The notes under the pieces: generated by a model
The model's input: the letters and a program-made list of their open reading frames with translations, nothing else
Database searches by the model: none
What the model was told of the DNA's origin: nothing
Source of the DNA: Yuukianura sp. NJ FZ-2021
Lineage: Eukaryota
NCBI GenBank assembly: GCA_046563655.1
Contig: CM102290.1
Span: 12,214,001-12,278,000 of the forward strand
Length of the DNA stretch: 64,000 bases
Direction of reading: 5' to 3'
Part shown: positions 1-15,000 of the stretch, one piece after another
Numbering within the stretch: the stretch's first letter is position 1
How the letters are laid out: each line of letters starts with the position of its first letter
Made by a program: the position numbers and the translations under genes

Positions 1-3000
1 GTAATTCTTGGAGCAAGGCGTCTTGGACGACACATGACCATTTCAGAAGGAGCACTGGGTTCGCTCTGCCCTGCAGCGTTGATTGCAATAACCCTGAACT
101 CATATTCCTGGTTCTCAATGAGGTCATCCACTGTTCCGTGCGTTTGGTTAGCTGGAACTTGAGCTGCATTTACCCAGTACGGACTTCCCTTCTCCTTCCG
201 TTGGATGATGTAGCCTGAAAGTAGAATAGTTTGTATAATCCCTCGGTTTTAAAACATAATTCCAACCCAAACACTAAAATATCAAATCACGAAGTATCCA
301 AATTCTAAACCAGAAAAAATTCTGTAAGATTGTTTTATGGGGGGATATTTGCTTATTCATGTGAGAAATTTTTCCACATTAGAAATTTCTAGAGAACAAC
401 GGGCTATTCCTAACGTAGAAAATAGTGAGACCCAATTCTTAATGCAAAAATTCCAGACAAATAATTACTAAGGCAGAAATTCCAGACGAAGAAAGTTGGA
501 GTCGTTCATTCTAAATCATACCTCTAGAACCAGGTAGGATTTGGAATTCCCACCTAAAAATTTTCACATTAGAAATCAACTAATTTACGTTAGTGTCAGG
601 ATTTTCTGCATTAGAAATTGACTGTCAGGATTTTCTGCATTAGGAATTGGACCTGACGATTTTTTGAGTTAAGAATAGCCTGCTGTTTAGTAATTTCTAA
701 TGTAGAAACATTGTTGACGTTAATTAGCACATCTCCCCCCATATTGTTTATCGCAAGACTTACTTACAAGTACGAACGTCTGTGCTTCATGCACTGGTTG
801 TTTGCCAAAATATTGTCGAAGCTACTTTGTAGAGGTTAGAATAAACAGCACTCACACAATAATTGTTAGAAGGTTAGTGATTTTTAGGACATGGTATTTG
901 GACTTGCCGCTGAGTGGAGCTCCTCCATCACTCTTTGGAGGTTTCCATTCCAGATCTGAAAAGGTAAGAAAAACAATTCGTAAAAAACGCCTACAAACAA
1001 AAAGATTCAAGTAATGCCCCAATTAGTGCTTGCGTACCAACTCTGTTTTTGTCCCAGTCGGTAACGAGTGGTCTGCCTGGCTGTGTTGGTTCATCAAATG
1101 GATTCTTCGCCACAGTGGGCAAAGATGTCAGTGGTTCTGATTCTCCAATATTGTTTTTCGCTCTTACGCGAAACAAGTATTCTTTCTTGTGAATTAGTTT
1201 CGGTACCTCAGCCGTACATGTCGTCGAGATACACGCTTCTGTCCAAGTACCTCTCGAGGTATCCATCTTCTCAATGACGTAACCTATAAAAAAATCAATA
1301 CACATTGAATGCAACGTATTTCACTACTCAAGAACTACATCGTACGCCCTTGAAGAAAAAACAATCTTTTTTGTGAAATTAGAAGTTATGATAGATAACT
1401 TACATTGTATTGGTGAGCCACCGTCGTCTTGTGGTGGGTTCCAAGACAGTCTGGCGCTATCCTTCGTTACATCCGATACATTCAAGGATTCGGGTACACT
1501 CGGCCTGTCAACGACTGTCACATTGGCAGAACCGGAGACTGTTCCTAGATCATTCTCCAAAGTCAGCACATAACGACCCGTGTCACCTCTGGCAGCCATC
1601 GGAATTTCCAGTGCCGCAATTGAGCCAACTGTGGAGACATCAGCTCGATCTCCAGGTTCCACTTTTTTACCCTCAATCGTCCATGTTGCCTTAGGCGGTG
1701 GTGAGCCTGAAATGGGCACTGCAAAACTAATCTTCTGCCCTGCTCGTACCACCAAGTCTTCGAGGAAGGATCTGTCAAGATGTGGACCAAGAAATCGTGG
1801 CTTGACGACGATTGGTTTAGAAGCGTCTGATGGATCAGATGGTCCAGCCTTATTTTTCGCAATAACACGAAACTCGTATTCTTCATTTTCTGTCAAATTT
1901 GGTACAGTGGCCTTTGGAATCTTCCCAGGGACTTCCAATGCTTTCGTCCATTGTCCCAACTTCGGTCGCTTCTCGATTATGTAGCCTTCAATTGGAATTC
2001 CGCCGTCGTTCTTCGGTGGTGCCCATTCAAGAGACACGCTATTTCTGTCCCAATCCACAATTTCTGGGCATCCTGGCTTCTCTGGTTTTGAAAATGGATC
2101 TTTAGCTGTGATGGCTTGGTCTCCAACAAGCGGCTGAGATTCTCCTTGCTTGTTGACTGCTCTTACTCTGAACTTGTAATCATGGTCTGGGATTAATTTG
2201 TCTACTTGAATAGAGGTTCCACTTGCTTCACCCACTGGCAACCATCGCATGTTCTCAAGGTCCATCTTCTCAACAACGTAATGTGAAATCTCACTGCCTC
2301 CATCTTGAAACAAAAATCAAGCATAACATCATTCTTAGCATACCCAGGTCAGCTTAAAACCATGTGACTTACCATCCGCTGGCTTTGTCCATTTCAACTT
2401 GCATCCATTCTTTGTGACGTCATCGACTAGCAGAGATTTCGGTGGCAAAGGCACGTCTAGAACAATGACGTTGACTGTCGCCGTGTCAGCTCCATTTCTG
2501 TTCTTGGCTGTAAGCGTGTAGACGCCGCTATCACCGCGCTGTGCGTTGACCACTTTCAGTTTGGTTGAGTAGTCTTCGTTTATAACCTTCAGATGGTCAT
2601 CTGGAAGCAGCGACGAGTCGTTGAGTGCCCATTCTTTTGTCGGTGGAGGCTCTCCGCTGACAGGAACGTCAAACTCGAAGTTTTGACCTGCCTTGATCTT
2701 GATGGGCCTCATGGCTCCTTTGTCAATCTTGGGTGCGCTGTTCTTCGGTCGGGCAATATGTGGTGCCGTGGGCAAACTAGCTTCACCAGGACCACCTTTG
2801 TTCACCTATAGACAGTAACATAGATTCAATGATAAATTCAAAATAACAATTTGATTTGATATATAGTTTTTGAAACATTGGAACAAGTAAACTCACCGCT
2901 CTGACTCTGAATTCGTATTGGTTCCCTTCTTCAAGGCCCTTGACTATTCCAGTGGGTACATTACCTTCCACTTCAGCCGCTTTTTCCCAATTAGGACTAT

Positions 3001-6000
3001 ACTTGTCCTTCATCTCAATAATGTAGCCTAAAGTAATTAAATTAGTATCATTATTGGTTAAATTATTGTTAAGTTAAATTTTTCCGTAATTTCCTAGAAA
3101 TAGTTGCTTACCTGTAATAGGTGATCCGCCATCTTTCTCTGGCACATCCCATTTCAGCTGCACAAAGTCGCGGTCGTAATCAGCGATTTCGGGCTGAGAG
3201 GGAGCTCCTGGGGCATCTACAAAAAAAACGTTATAACTCCATATGTCTTGCATTTTATTCCCCTCTGAAGAAAAAATAAGCTAAAGAAGCTAAATTTTTA
3301 TCAGAAATTACGAACCGAATGGATTCTTGGCCACAATTCCTTGCGTAGTTGTAAGCGGATCGGATTTTCCTTGTTTCTGTAACAAGCAGACGACAATTGA
3401 GTATTTCAATTTCAATGTTTAATTCCTAATCTGAATTTTATACAACATTTCTAACAATTAATTCCTTACATTGACAGCCGAAACCCTGAATTTGTATTTA
3501 TGACCAGGCGTGAGACCATCAACGTTAAAACTCGTCGTTTTACCGTCAGTCTCTCCGGCTGGAACCCAGCGTCCAGTGGACTCATCCATTCGTTCAATTT
3601 GGTAGTTGCTTATAGGCGCTCCACCATCTGTAAAAGCAGCAGCACATAATAGTAAGTACATAAGTTAACTTACAGTACTGCCGAACACTAAATGCTTGGC
3701 TACGCACCGTCAGCTGGTGGTGACCAATTCAGTTTGCATCCCTGAGCCGTAACGTCTGAAACCTTAAGTCCGGTAGGTGGTTCTGGCCTGTCCAAGACAA
3801 TGACCTCGACGTCAGCCATGTCAGTACCGTTGACATTAGTAGCAGTGATGGTGTATGTTCCAGAGTCACCACGTGAAGCAAGCTTGACGCTCAATTTTGT
3901 ATTGTAGCTCTCATGCTGAACTTTGAGGCCATCACCAGACTTGAGCTCCTTGCCCTTCAACTTCCACACAGCTAAAAAAAAAAAACAAAAACAGAAATTG
4001 TTATTTCTTATTATTACTTTTTCGAATATAATCTTGTTTTCTTGTTCAATGAATTAAATTTTACTCACTTGTTGGTTCAGGCTCTCCAGAAACTTTCACA
4101 TCGAAGTTGAAACTCTGACCCGCTTTGATTTTAATAGGAACCAAGTCAGTTCTGTCAATTTTCGGTGCCAAGTTCCTTGCTTTAGCAATTATAGGTCCAA
4201 TGCTGTCAGATTCTTCTCCTGGTCCAGCTTTGTTCACCGCCCTAACTCGGAACTCGTAAGGTTGGCCTTCAGTAAGCCCTGGAACCGTTGCTGAAGTCTT
4301 GTCTCCAGGTACTTCCAAAGCCTTTTCCCAATTCCCATACTTGTCTTTCTTCTCTACAATGTAAGCCGAGATAGGGTTACCACCATCTTCAGTCGGCGGA
4401 GTCCAAGCTAGGTCAACAAAATCTTTGCCCCAATCCGTAGCTTTCAGATTTCCAGGCTTCCCGGGTTCATCGTATGGGTTCTTGGCAATTATTGATTGAG
4501 CAGTAGTCAACGGTTCAGATTCTCCCTCCTTATTGACCGCAATACATCTGAACTTATACTCTTGTCCAGGAGTGAGTCCAGTGACATCAAATGTTGTTTC
4601 TGCCGAATGACCACAAGGAATCCAAATTCCATTTTCAGATTCCTTTTCCAGTTGGTAGTATTCAATTGGACAGCCGCCGTCATCTTTAGGTTTCTTCCAT
4701 TTCAGTTTACATCCAGTTTTGTGTACGTCAGATACAGATATGTCTTGTGGTGGGGTAGGTTTATCCGTTACGACGATATTTACAGTAACCGAATCTTTGC
4801 CGGAAGGATTCGAGGCAGTAATCGTGTATTGACCAGAATCTTCTCTCTTTGCAGGGCGAACAACCAGCTTGGAGTTGTATTCTACATCATCAATGGTAAC
4901 ATTCTTTCCGGCTCTCAATGGATTTCCATCGACAGTCCAAACGACAGTTGGTGGTGGCTCTCCAGTGATATCCACATCGAATTTAATTGAAGCTCCAGCG
5001 GATAAGGTGAGGTCACGCAAATTCTTCCGGTCAATCTTGGGAGCAAGAAATCTGGCTTTAGCTGTTACTGGATTTGATGCAGAAGATGGTTCAGACAGAC
5101 CAGCTTTGTTCTTTGCAATGACTCTGAAAGTATACTGCTGTCCTGGTGTGAGGCCCTTTGCCGTTCCTTTGCACTCAGGACCAAAAGTCTCCTCAACTTG
5201 TTCCCAAATCGGGCTATGCTTATCCCGTTTCTGAATAATGTAGCCAGTGATTGGACTTCCACCATCCGAAACTGGCTTTTCCCAAGCCAGATCCACAGAA
5301 TTAGGTGACCAATCCGTTGCTTCTGGTGTACCAGGCTTATCAGCCACTGAGAACGGATCTTTGGCGATAATTGGCATAAGTGTTTCCAGTGGCAGTGATT
5401 CTCCTTCCTTATTCTGAGCTTTGACTCTGAATGAGTACTCGTGTCCTTGGACCAATCCTTCTACATCCATTTCCGTATCTTTTGTCTTTCCAACTGGGAT
5501 CCAAATGCCAGCGTCCTTGTCGAACTTCTCAACGACGTAAGCTTCCAGTGGAACACCACCGCTGTCCAGAGGCTCCTTCCACTGTAATTTGCATCCGTCT
5601 TTCTTAATGTTAGAAACTTCCAGTGGTCCTTCTGGTGGCGACGGTTTTGAAACGACGACGACTTCTACCTCGGCGGAATCTTCGCCCCATTTGTTCGAAG
5701 CGACTATTCTGTAAGTTCCAGAATCCTTACGCGTTGGACTATCGTTGTAGAACTTTGTGTTGTACGGGACGTCAACTATGCGACGGTCGCCAGTTTCTAT
5801 GATTGGTTTTCCATTGAGAAGCCATTCAACTAAACCAAGGTCAATTAGCAACTTCAGACATTTTACTTCATTTAACACAAAAATTCATAAATTACTTTAA
5901 TTTCTCAGACTCACCCGTTGGAGGCGGCTCGCCAGAAACTTTGACGTCAAAGAAGAACGGCTCTCCTTCACGTACTTGAATCTTATTCAAATTCTTGCGG

Positions 6001-9000
6001 TCAATCTTTGGAGCCAGTTTTCTTGGTTTCGCTGTAATCGGCTTACTAGCTCGACTCGGTTCTCCAGGACCAGCAGCCTATGTACATACAAACAATTGAG
6101 CTTTATTTTTCAGCTTTTACTAGTAGTAATATACTACACTATATGTTATACACATAGATACTAATAGTTATACTAATTAATTTAGTTAATTACTTACGTT
6201 TTTGGCCCTAATACGAAATTCATAGGTTTGCCCTGGTTCAAGTCCTTCAGCAGTCCCTTGGCATTCATTTCCTTTGACCTCTCCTGCTTTGACCCACTTC
6301 CCACCAGGTTCCTTCTTTTCAATGATATAACCACTGATTGGATTTCCCCCGTCAGAAAGTGGTGGTTCCCAACTAAGCGTTACGTGATCCTTGTCCCAGT
6401 CCGTGGCTTCAGGAGCTCCCGGTGCTCCAGGGCAATCAAACGGATCCTTGGCAAGAATTGGTTTGTCAGTTTCAAGTGGTTCCGACTCCCCTTCGTCGTT
6501 AACCGCCGTAACCCGGAACTTGTACTCTTGACCCGGTTGAAGATTCTTTACCACCATCTTTGGTTCCTTGACACGTCCGATAGGAATCCAGCGTCCAGTT
6601 TCTGGATCTAATTTTGATACTTGATAGTCAATTGGAAGTCCTCCGTTGTCGTCTGGTGGAGTCCATTCCAATGTGCATCCTTCCTTGTGAATATCGGACA
6701 CTTTGAGGGCTTTTGGTTTCGTGGGTTTGTCCAACACGGTAACCTTGGCCACTGCCTCGTCATCCCCAGCCAAGTTTCTGATTCTGAGCATGTAATTACC
6801 GCCATGAGCTCGTGTGGCTTTCGTAATAACCAACTTTGTTCTGTAGTCGTCATTGTCGATAGCTACATTTCCGCCAGCTTTTAGTTCTTCAGTTCCAAAC
6901 AGCCAGGTTTTCGTCGGAGGAGCTAAAAGAATAAACAAATTGATAAAACCCATGCCATGATAATTCTATAGTTCCACTCACGTTCTCCTTTGACTTTGCA
7001 GTCAAACCGGATAGTTTGCCCAGCCTTGACTGTCAAATCCTTAATGTTGCTTCGGTCAATGTGTGGAACCTGTCGTCTAGATTTAGCCGTTACTGAATCA
7101 GAAGCATCCGATGGCTTCCCGGGTCCCGCTGCCTGTCCACACGATAGAATCAGGCTTCAATTTAATTCTTACAAAAGTTGATTATCAATCCAGAAGAGAC
7201 TCACATTCTTGGCGCGTACGCGAAACTGATATGTCATGCCTTCTATGAGATCAGGTACACGAGCTTCGCACTTATCTCCAACAGTTTCCATAGCCGTTTG
7301 CCACTTTGTCGAATGCTCGTCTTTCTCTGTAGTGTTAGTAAGCAATAGTATTAAATCCATATAAATAAATGTCGTCACCTAAATCTGAAAACTAGACTAT
7401 TTACTTACTTTCTATAATGTAGCTTGTAATGGGAGCTCCACCGTCAGATTCCGGCGCTTGCCATTGGAGAACTACGTGGTCTACGGCATACAACAAAGGG
7501 AAAGTTTATACCAACATGTCATCCAATGGCTTTTAACTTTAGCAGAAAAGTACTTACCCTTGTCCCAGTCTTTGGCAACAGGTTTCCCCGGTTTTCCAGG
7601 CTATTAAAAAACAGTCAACGGAAACGAAAAATTGTTAAATTCATACCATATTTTGAAAATTTGTATTGAAGAAAATGTCACCTCATCATAGGGATTCTTG
7701 GCGAGTGTTTCTTTTTCGGTTTCCAAAGGCTCTGATTCCCCTTGGTCATTCTATGAAACAACATAAGGAATATGTATTATCTATTTGGTGGGAAAACAAA
7801 ATGAGCCAAAAAAAAATTTCTTGAAAGTTTCAAACTAGATCCAAAATTTTTCGGATTCGGTAAAGAAATTTTTTTTGCCAAATTTTTCGGAAACTTTTTC
7901 TTCCCTTTCACTTTTTTTTCGACGTTTTAAGGCATTTTCTATTTCAAAATACTAAATACTTACCACAGCGACGACCTTGAATTGGTACGATTTTCCTTCA
8001 TTCAAGCCCGTCACATCCATAGTCGTTCCTTTGGTGACACCAACAGGTACCCATCGTCCAGAGGAAGTGTCCATTCGAGATACTTGGTAACTTATGGGTT
8101 GACCACCGCCTCCATCATCCAGAGGTGCTTTCCATTCCAGCTTAGCTCCATCAGCTTTCACATCAGACACTTTCAAAGGGCCTTGTGGAGCACTCGGTTT
8201 TCCAAGAACAGTCAGATCCAAGTCCACGACATCCTTTCCAGAATCATTGACTGCCATAACAGTGTAAATACCCGTATCGCTTCGAGTAGCTTTGATAAGA
8301 ATAAATGTTGTTTTGTAGTCTTCACTTTCAGTTTTGATACGGTCGTTCTTGATTGGTGCATCTTTGAAAGTCCAGGTACATTTAGGAGCCGGTTCACCTT
8401 TGACATCAGCTTCCAGCGACAGCATTTCACCAACACGAATCACCTTCTTTGCTAAATTCTTGCGGTCAATGTATGGTGCCAAGTGACGGGGCTTCGTCAC
8501 GACTGTTCGCGAAGGATCCGATGGCTCAGAATTTCCAGCCTTATTTACAGCAATTACTCGAAATTCGTATTCTTTTCCTTCTTCGACTGCTGTAACTCTG
8601 GCTTTTGGAGTAGAACCTGGAGCAGTGGCGACATCCATCCAGTTCCTTGCTCCCTTCTCTTTCATCTGCACAGTGTATTTCTGAATAGGAGCGCCACCAT
8701 CTGATGTAGGTGGAGTCCACTCCAATTCAACAAAATCCTTGTCCCAATCAGTAGCCTGCGGTCTTCCAGGTTTTCCAGGTTCATCAAACGGATTCTTGGC
8801 AATGATTGGTTTGTCTGCCTCCAAGTCATCGGAACTTCCTTCCTTATTGATAGCTTTAACCCGAAACTTATATTGCTTCCCTTCCTGTAACCCGGCGACA
8901 TTGAACTCCAAATCGTCTGGACCAGCGTCGACCTTGCCGCAAGGAATCCATTGACCTGTATTGGGATCCAATTTGGAAATTTCGTAAGCTTCTACTGGAC

Positions 9001-12000
9001 ATCCACCGTCGTCTTCTGGCTTCTTCCATGCCAGTTTACATCCACTCTTGGTTATATCCGAAACGACAAGCGGACCTTTGGGTGCACTAGGTTTACTCAA
9101 AACGGTGATTTCAATTTCAGCTTCGTCGGATCCAGAAGTATTGACAGCCTTCACTTTGTACTTCCCAGTATGACTGCGTTTCGCTCGCATTATGGAGAAC
9201 TTGGTATTGTAGTCAATGTTGTCAACCCGCAATGTTTCATCTTGTACGACATCTTTACCGTCCACGGACCACGTCACTGCAGATGAAAAACAACATGTTA
9301 TACAATGCATATTTTTTCTGACATTCAAACTGCTACTAAAGTTGTGTAAAACTAACCTGTTGGTGGTGGCTCTCCTTTCACGTCCACATCCAACAAGATT
9401 TGTTGACCAGCTTTGACAATCAGAGGTTGCGAAATGTTGGTACGATCAATACGTGGTTTGAGGAATCGAGCCTTGGCCAAGTGGGGCTCAGTGGCTTGAC
9501 TAGGTTGTCCAGGTCCAGCCTTATTCACTGCTCGAACTCTAAATTCATATTTGTTTCCAGGCTCTAGTTTGCTCACTGTTCCCTGGCAATTGTTGCCGCT
9601 GACTTCTGCGCATTTGACGAATTCAGGACTTCCTTTGGCTTTCATTTCAATGACATAACCCGTAATTGGAGCTCCTCCATCACGAATAGGTTCGTCCCAT
9701 TTAAGTTTGACATGAGTTTCGTCATAGTCTGTAATTTCTGGAAGTCCTGGGGGAGATGGCGTGTCGAAGGGATCTTTGGCCAGGACAGCTGTATCTGTTT
9801 CCAAATTGTCTGACTCTCCCTCTTCGTTGACAGCTCTCACACGGAAGTTGTATTTATGACCAGGTTCTAAACCTGTGACGTTGAATTCAGGGGCGTCACC
9901 CTCCGCCCGTCCACAAGGAACCCACTTCCCGCTGATGGCATCCATCTTTTCAACAACGTAACACTGGATAGGCAAGCCACCGTCTACAATAATATAAAAA
10001 AAAGTATACGTTTTATGTAAAAACTATTTATGTTAATAAAGTTCAGAATTGTCCTCAAAGGCTCACCATCGCTAGGTTTTTCCCATTTCAACAAGCATCC
10101 ATTCTTGTGTACATTTGAAACCTGGAAGCAAGTATTTTCGGTTTAAAATATGTATAAGGATTCAAAATTTTCAAAAACTGTCACCTCTAAGTTTTTAGGC
10201 TTTGAAGGTTTGTCCAGAATGTTCACTTCAACTTCAGCCTCGTCCTTCCCATTCACATTTACTGCCACGAGCTTATACTTTCCACTGACTTTACGCGTAG
10301 TGTCACGAAGTTGCAGTTTCGTATTGTAGTCTTCGTTTTCAATTTTGACAGTAGGTGAGTTCTCTAGCGGCTTGTCGCAAAATATCCAAGTGTCTGGACA
10401 GTAAAAGTAAATTTTGAATTAACATTTTAAGTCTAAAAAAATTTTTAGTATGTGTTGGTAACGTACATGTCGGCGGTGGTTCTCCCTTGACGTCAACATC
10501 CAACCGAACCAATTGTCCAGCTCTAACCGTGATGGTTTGCATCTTATCTCGGTTGATTCGGGGTTTCACTGTAAACAAAGTCAAACCGTTATAAAAACTA
10601 TGAATTAAAGCAAAACACTAAGCTAATTTTCACTTACAGTTGCGAGCTTTAGCAACGTGAGGCTTGGTTGAATCGCTAGGTTCTCCAGGACCGGCTTTGT
10701 TCACAGCCCTGACACGAAACTGATAAGTGTGACCTTCCATGAGTCCAGTGACCTTTCCCTTGGGTTCTGGCGAGTTCGTCTTGAGAACTTCCTCCCAGCC
10801 ACCAACTTTGTCCTTCTTCATTTCTACAATGTAGCCAGTAATTGGAGCTCCACCGTCTGATTTCGGCTTGGCCCATTCCAGCTCAACGTTATCAGCGTCC
10901 CAGTCCTTTAGATTTGGTACTCCTGGTGGACCAGGTTCTTCAAACGGATTCTTGGCCAGTGTAGCTGTGTCTGTCTCCAATGGTTCAGATTCTCCCTCTT
11001 CATTTTCTGCTTTGACACGGAAGTGATACTTGTGACCCTCCTGAAGGCCAGTGATGTCAAAAGACTTGTCATCTGGACCTGTCCGACCTACTGGCACCCA
11101 ACGTCCAGTAGCTAAATCCATCTTCTCAATGACGAATGCTTTGATGGGTTTACCACCATCGTCATCTGGTTTCTCCCAGGACAATTTGGCTCCACTCTTG
11201 GTTACATTTGAGACGTTGAGAGCTTTGGGACGACCAGGAGCTCCTAAAATGACAATTTCCACTTCGGCTTCGTCTTTTCCATGTTCATTCGTGGCGACGA
11301 TTTTGTAAATTCCGGATTGAGCGCGCTTGGTTTCTTTGATTTCGAATTTGGTATTGTAGTCAACATTTACAATTATAACATCTTGATCCGTCACTTCCTT
11401 GTCCTTGAAAATCCAGACGATCTTTGGAGGTGGTTCTCCCTTGACGTTGACATCAAGCCTCACAGGCTTTCCAGCCTTCACCACCGTTTGTTTCAGATTG
11501 GTTCTGTCAATCCTGGGTTTCAGAGATCTGAACTTGGCAATATGATTTTTGGTTGGGTCTGAAGGCGGCGAAAGTCCGGCCTTGTTTTGAGCAACAACAC
11601 GAAACTGATATTCTCCACGTTCCTTCAATCCAGTGACTTTTGCGCTGAGTTGATCCGCAGGTACTTCAACTGCCTTCTCCCACTCAGGCTTGAAACGATC
11701 CTTGACCTGGACAATATACTTCTCAATCTTCGCTCCTCCATCACTCTTTGGTGCTTTCCAGACCAAGTCAACACTCTCGTTGTCATAGTCGACAATTTCA
11801 GGCGTACCAGGCTTCGTAGGTTCGTCGTAAGGGTTTTTGGCTACGATGGCCAAGTCACTCACGAGTGGATCTGACTCTCCTTCGTCGTTTACTGCAGTTA
11901 TGCGGAATTTATATTCGTTGTTTGGTGTTAGACCAGTTACTTCAAATTCCAATGGTCGACCAACAGCTGGAACCTTCCCGACACGAACCCAGCGACCGCT

Positions 12001-15000
12001 AGATGTGTCCATTTTCTCAATTTCGTATTCTCGAACAGGTACTCCGCCGTCATCGTCACACTTCTGCCAAGATAACTTGCATCCTTCCTTGTGAATATCT
12101 GTGACCTTCAAGTCTTTAGGAGGACTGGGCTTCCCTAAGACGACCAATTCCACTGTCTCAGTATCCACGCCAGAAGAGTTCTCAGCTTTCAACGTGTATT
12201 TGCCAGTATCAGACCGTTTGGCATTCGTGATTGTAAAATCTGTGTGGTAATCTTTCTTTTCAATATTCAGCCGCTCAGAATTCGTCAGTTCAATGTCATC
12301 TCTCCAGCACCAAGTTAGTTCCGGTGGAGCTGCAATTTAAATGTTGAAAAAAAAACGTATGCTAGAGTGTAACCCTTTTTGCGGAGAGAAAATTGTAACT
12401 TCCTATGTAATTAAAAACTTACGTTCTCCACTGACGTCAACGGACCACTTATGATTGCGTCCAGCTTTGATTGTAACGGATTTGAACGTATTACGGTCAA
12501 TCCTTGGTTTCAGAAATCGGTGTTTGCAGATATGGGGAGCAGTAGGTTCACTGGCAGGAGAGAGACCTGCCTTGTTTCGAGCCTTTACTCGAAATTGATA
12601 TGTTTGTCCTTCCTTCAAACCTTCAATTACTGCTTTCGGCTCTGCATCTTTCGTTACTAGGACTTCTGTCCAGTCCGGAGACAGTTTATCCTTCATTTCC
12701 ACAACGTAAGCTGCAAAACGTCAAATTCAAATTATAAATTAGGTTGTTCAATTAATATTGTTTTCAATGCATAGCTACCAACAAATTACTTGCTGTACTT
12801 ACCTTCAATAGGGCGTCCACCATCATTTTCAGGCTACAAACAAAAGTATTCCGATGTAATTATGTTAGTTTTCCGGTTTTGAGAATGCATGAATTTTGAA
12901 AATTTGAAAACGTAAAGAGGCTCACCTTTTTCCATTCAAGTGTAACATTCTTGTTGGTGTAATCCACAATATCTGGTTTTCCTGGTGCGGAAGGCTCATC
13001 TGTAAACAGTATTAAGATTAACGTTACAAAAATACAAGAAAACATAGTTTTATTTTAAAAATTAGTACCATAGGGGTTCTTTGCTGTGATTGGTTCTGCG
13101 ATCTCAAGTGGTTCCGACTCTCCTTCCTTATTCACCGCTTTCACTCGGAACTTGTATCGTTTTTTGGGTGTGAGCCCATCAACCTTCATGCTGGTAGCAT
13201 TAGCTCCGCATTCTCCTGCCGGAACCCATCGGCCAGTATCCATATCCATCTTCTCCAACACGTAACCAGTAATATCCGAACCACCAGCATCTTCCGGTCT
13301 CTCCCACTTGAGTACTGCATGGGTTGCTCGCACTTCTTGGGCAACAAGAGGACCTTTGGGAGGCGTTGGCTTGTCCAAAACAACCACTTCTCCTACAGAC
13401 TCGCACTTTCCACTTGAATTTGTCAGGGTCAACTTGTACTTCCCTGAGTCAGCACGTACAGCACGGCGAATAGTGATGAGCGTATTTCTCTCAAACAGGT
13501 CAATCGTGGTTTTGTCCCCTTCTGTCTTCAGTTCTTTTCCATCCAGAGACCAAACACACGTTGGTTCAGGCTCTCCGCCGTACCGAATGTCGAACTTGAT
13601 AACTTGTCCTTTCTTGATGACAATACTCTTGAGGCCTTCTCCAATGATGAACGGTTTGACGAATCGAGCTTTGCATATCACAGGCTTTGTAGCGTCACTT
13701 GGCTCTCCAGGTCCTGCTTTGTTGACAGCCCGAACACGGAACTCATACTGCTTGCCTTCTGTGAGACCGTCGATTGTGGCCTTGGTCATATCCGCCGGTA
13801 ACCTCTTGACTGTTGACCACTCCTTACTGAACTTTTCTTTGTACTCGATGATGTACTCTGTAATGGGAGCTCCACCGTCCTTCTCTGGCTTCTCCCATTT
13901 GAGGTCAACGTGACCAACATCCCAGTCAGTCACTTCTACACCTCCAGGTTTCCCAGGCTCATCCCAAGGATCCTTGGCTAGAATAGTTTTGGGATAACTT
14001 GCTGGTTCTCCTTGACCAATCTTATTCACTGCCTTGATACGGAACTTGTACTCCTTTTTGGCAGTCAAATCCTCGCATTTGAATTTGTTTGCTGTTGGCG
14101 GGATTTCGGCTACGCTGTGCCAACCACCCTTGATACTCAAGTCTTGCCTCTCTGCAACCAAACACAATGTTAATTGATTTCACGAGAGTTTAAATAATTA
14201 CAAATAATTCTATGTATTTTAGATTATCTTACCCAGGAGGTAGTGAACAAGTGGTGATCCGCCCAAATCTGCTGGTGGTTTCCATGAAACAACGCAAGAG
14301 TGTTGAAAAACGTCAGAAATTTCCAAATTTTGTGGAGGAGAAGGAACATCTTGGAATGTAATAGTGAGGTCCTTTGTGTCTTCGCCTTGACCATTGCTAA
14401 CTTTGATTTGGTACTTTCCTGATAACTCCCTGGAGGGTTTTTTGTACTTGAAATCGATTCGGTCGTCCAGAACAACAACCTCCACATCTTTTAGCTGAAG
14501 AAGTTTTCCATCTTTGAACAGTTTTCCTTCGACAGGAGTTTGCCTCGTCCCGGTAACTTGATATGGTACGTGAAAAATAAGTGGTTTCGAACAAGGTCCT
14601 TCGACATCCCCTTCAAAGTTGATCTTAGGCATGCTTTCGCCTTGAGCAACAACCAGCTTACACGAAGAAGTGAGTCTGCCTGACGTACAGACTACTTCTC
14701 CCGAATCGCCAATTTCCGCCTTGTTGAACACCAGCTGATGTCGACCACCTCCCAAGTTCTTGATTTCAACCCTGTCGTTCGTTACGATTGGCTTTCCATT
14801 GAGCGTCCATTCAGTATCGGCCGTTTGATCCTGCAGCTCGACTTCCAGAACTACACGATCCCTCTCAACAGCATTAGTATCCTTTAGTTTCTTGTTGAAC
14901 CGATTTTGATATTCCACAACCAGCTCTCCCTTCGTTTCATCTGCATTTGTCTCACAGGAAATCATGCCTTGGTCGCTCACTTTTACATCTTTGAAGATAA

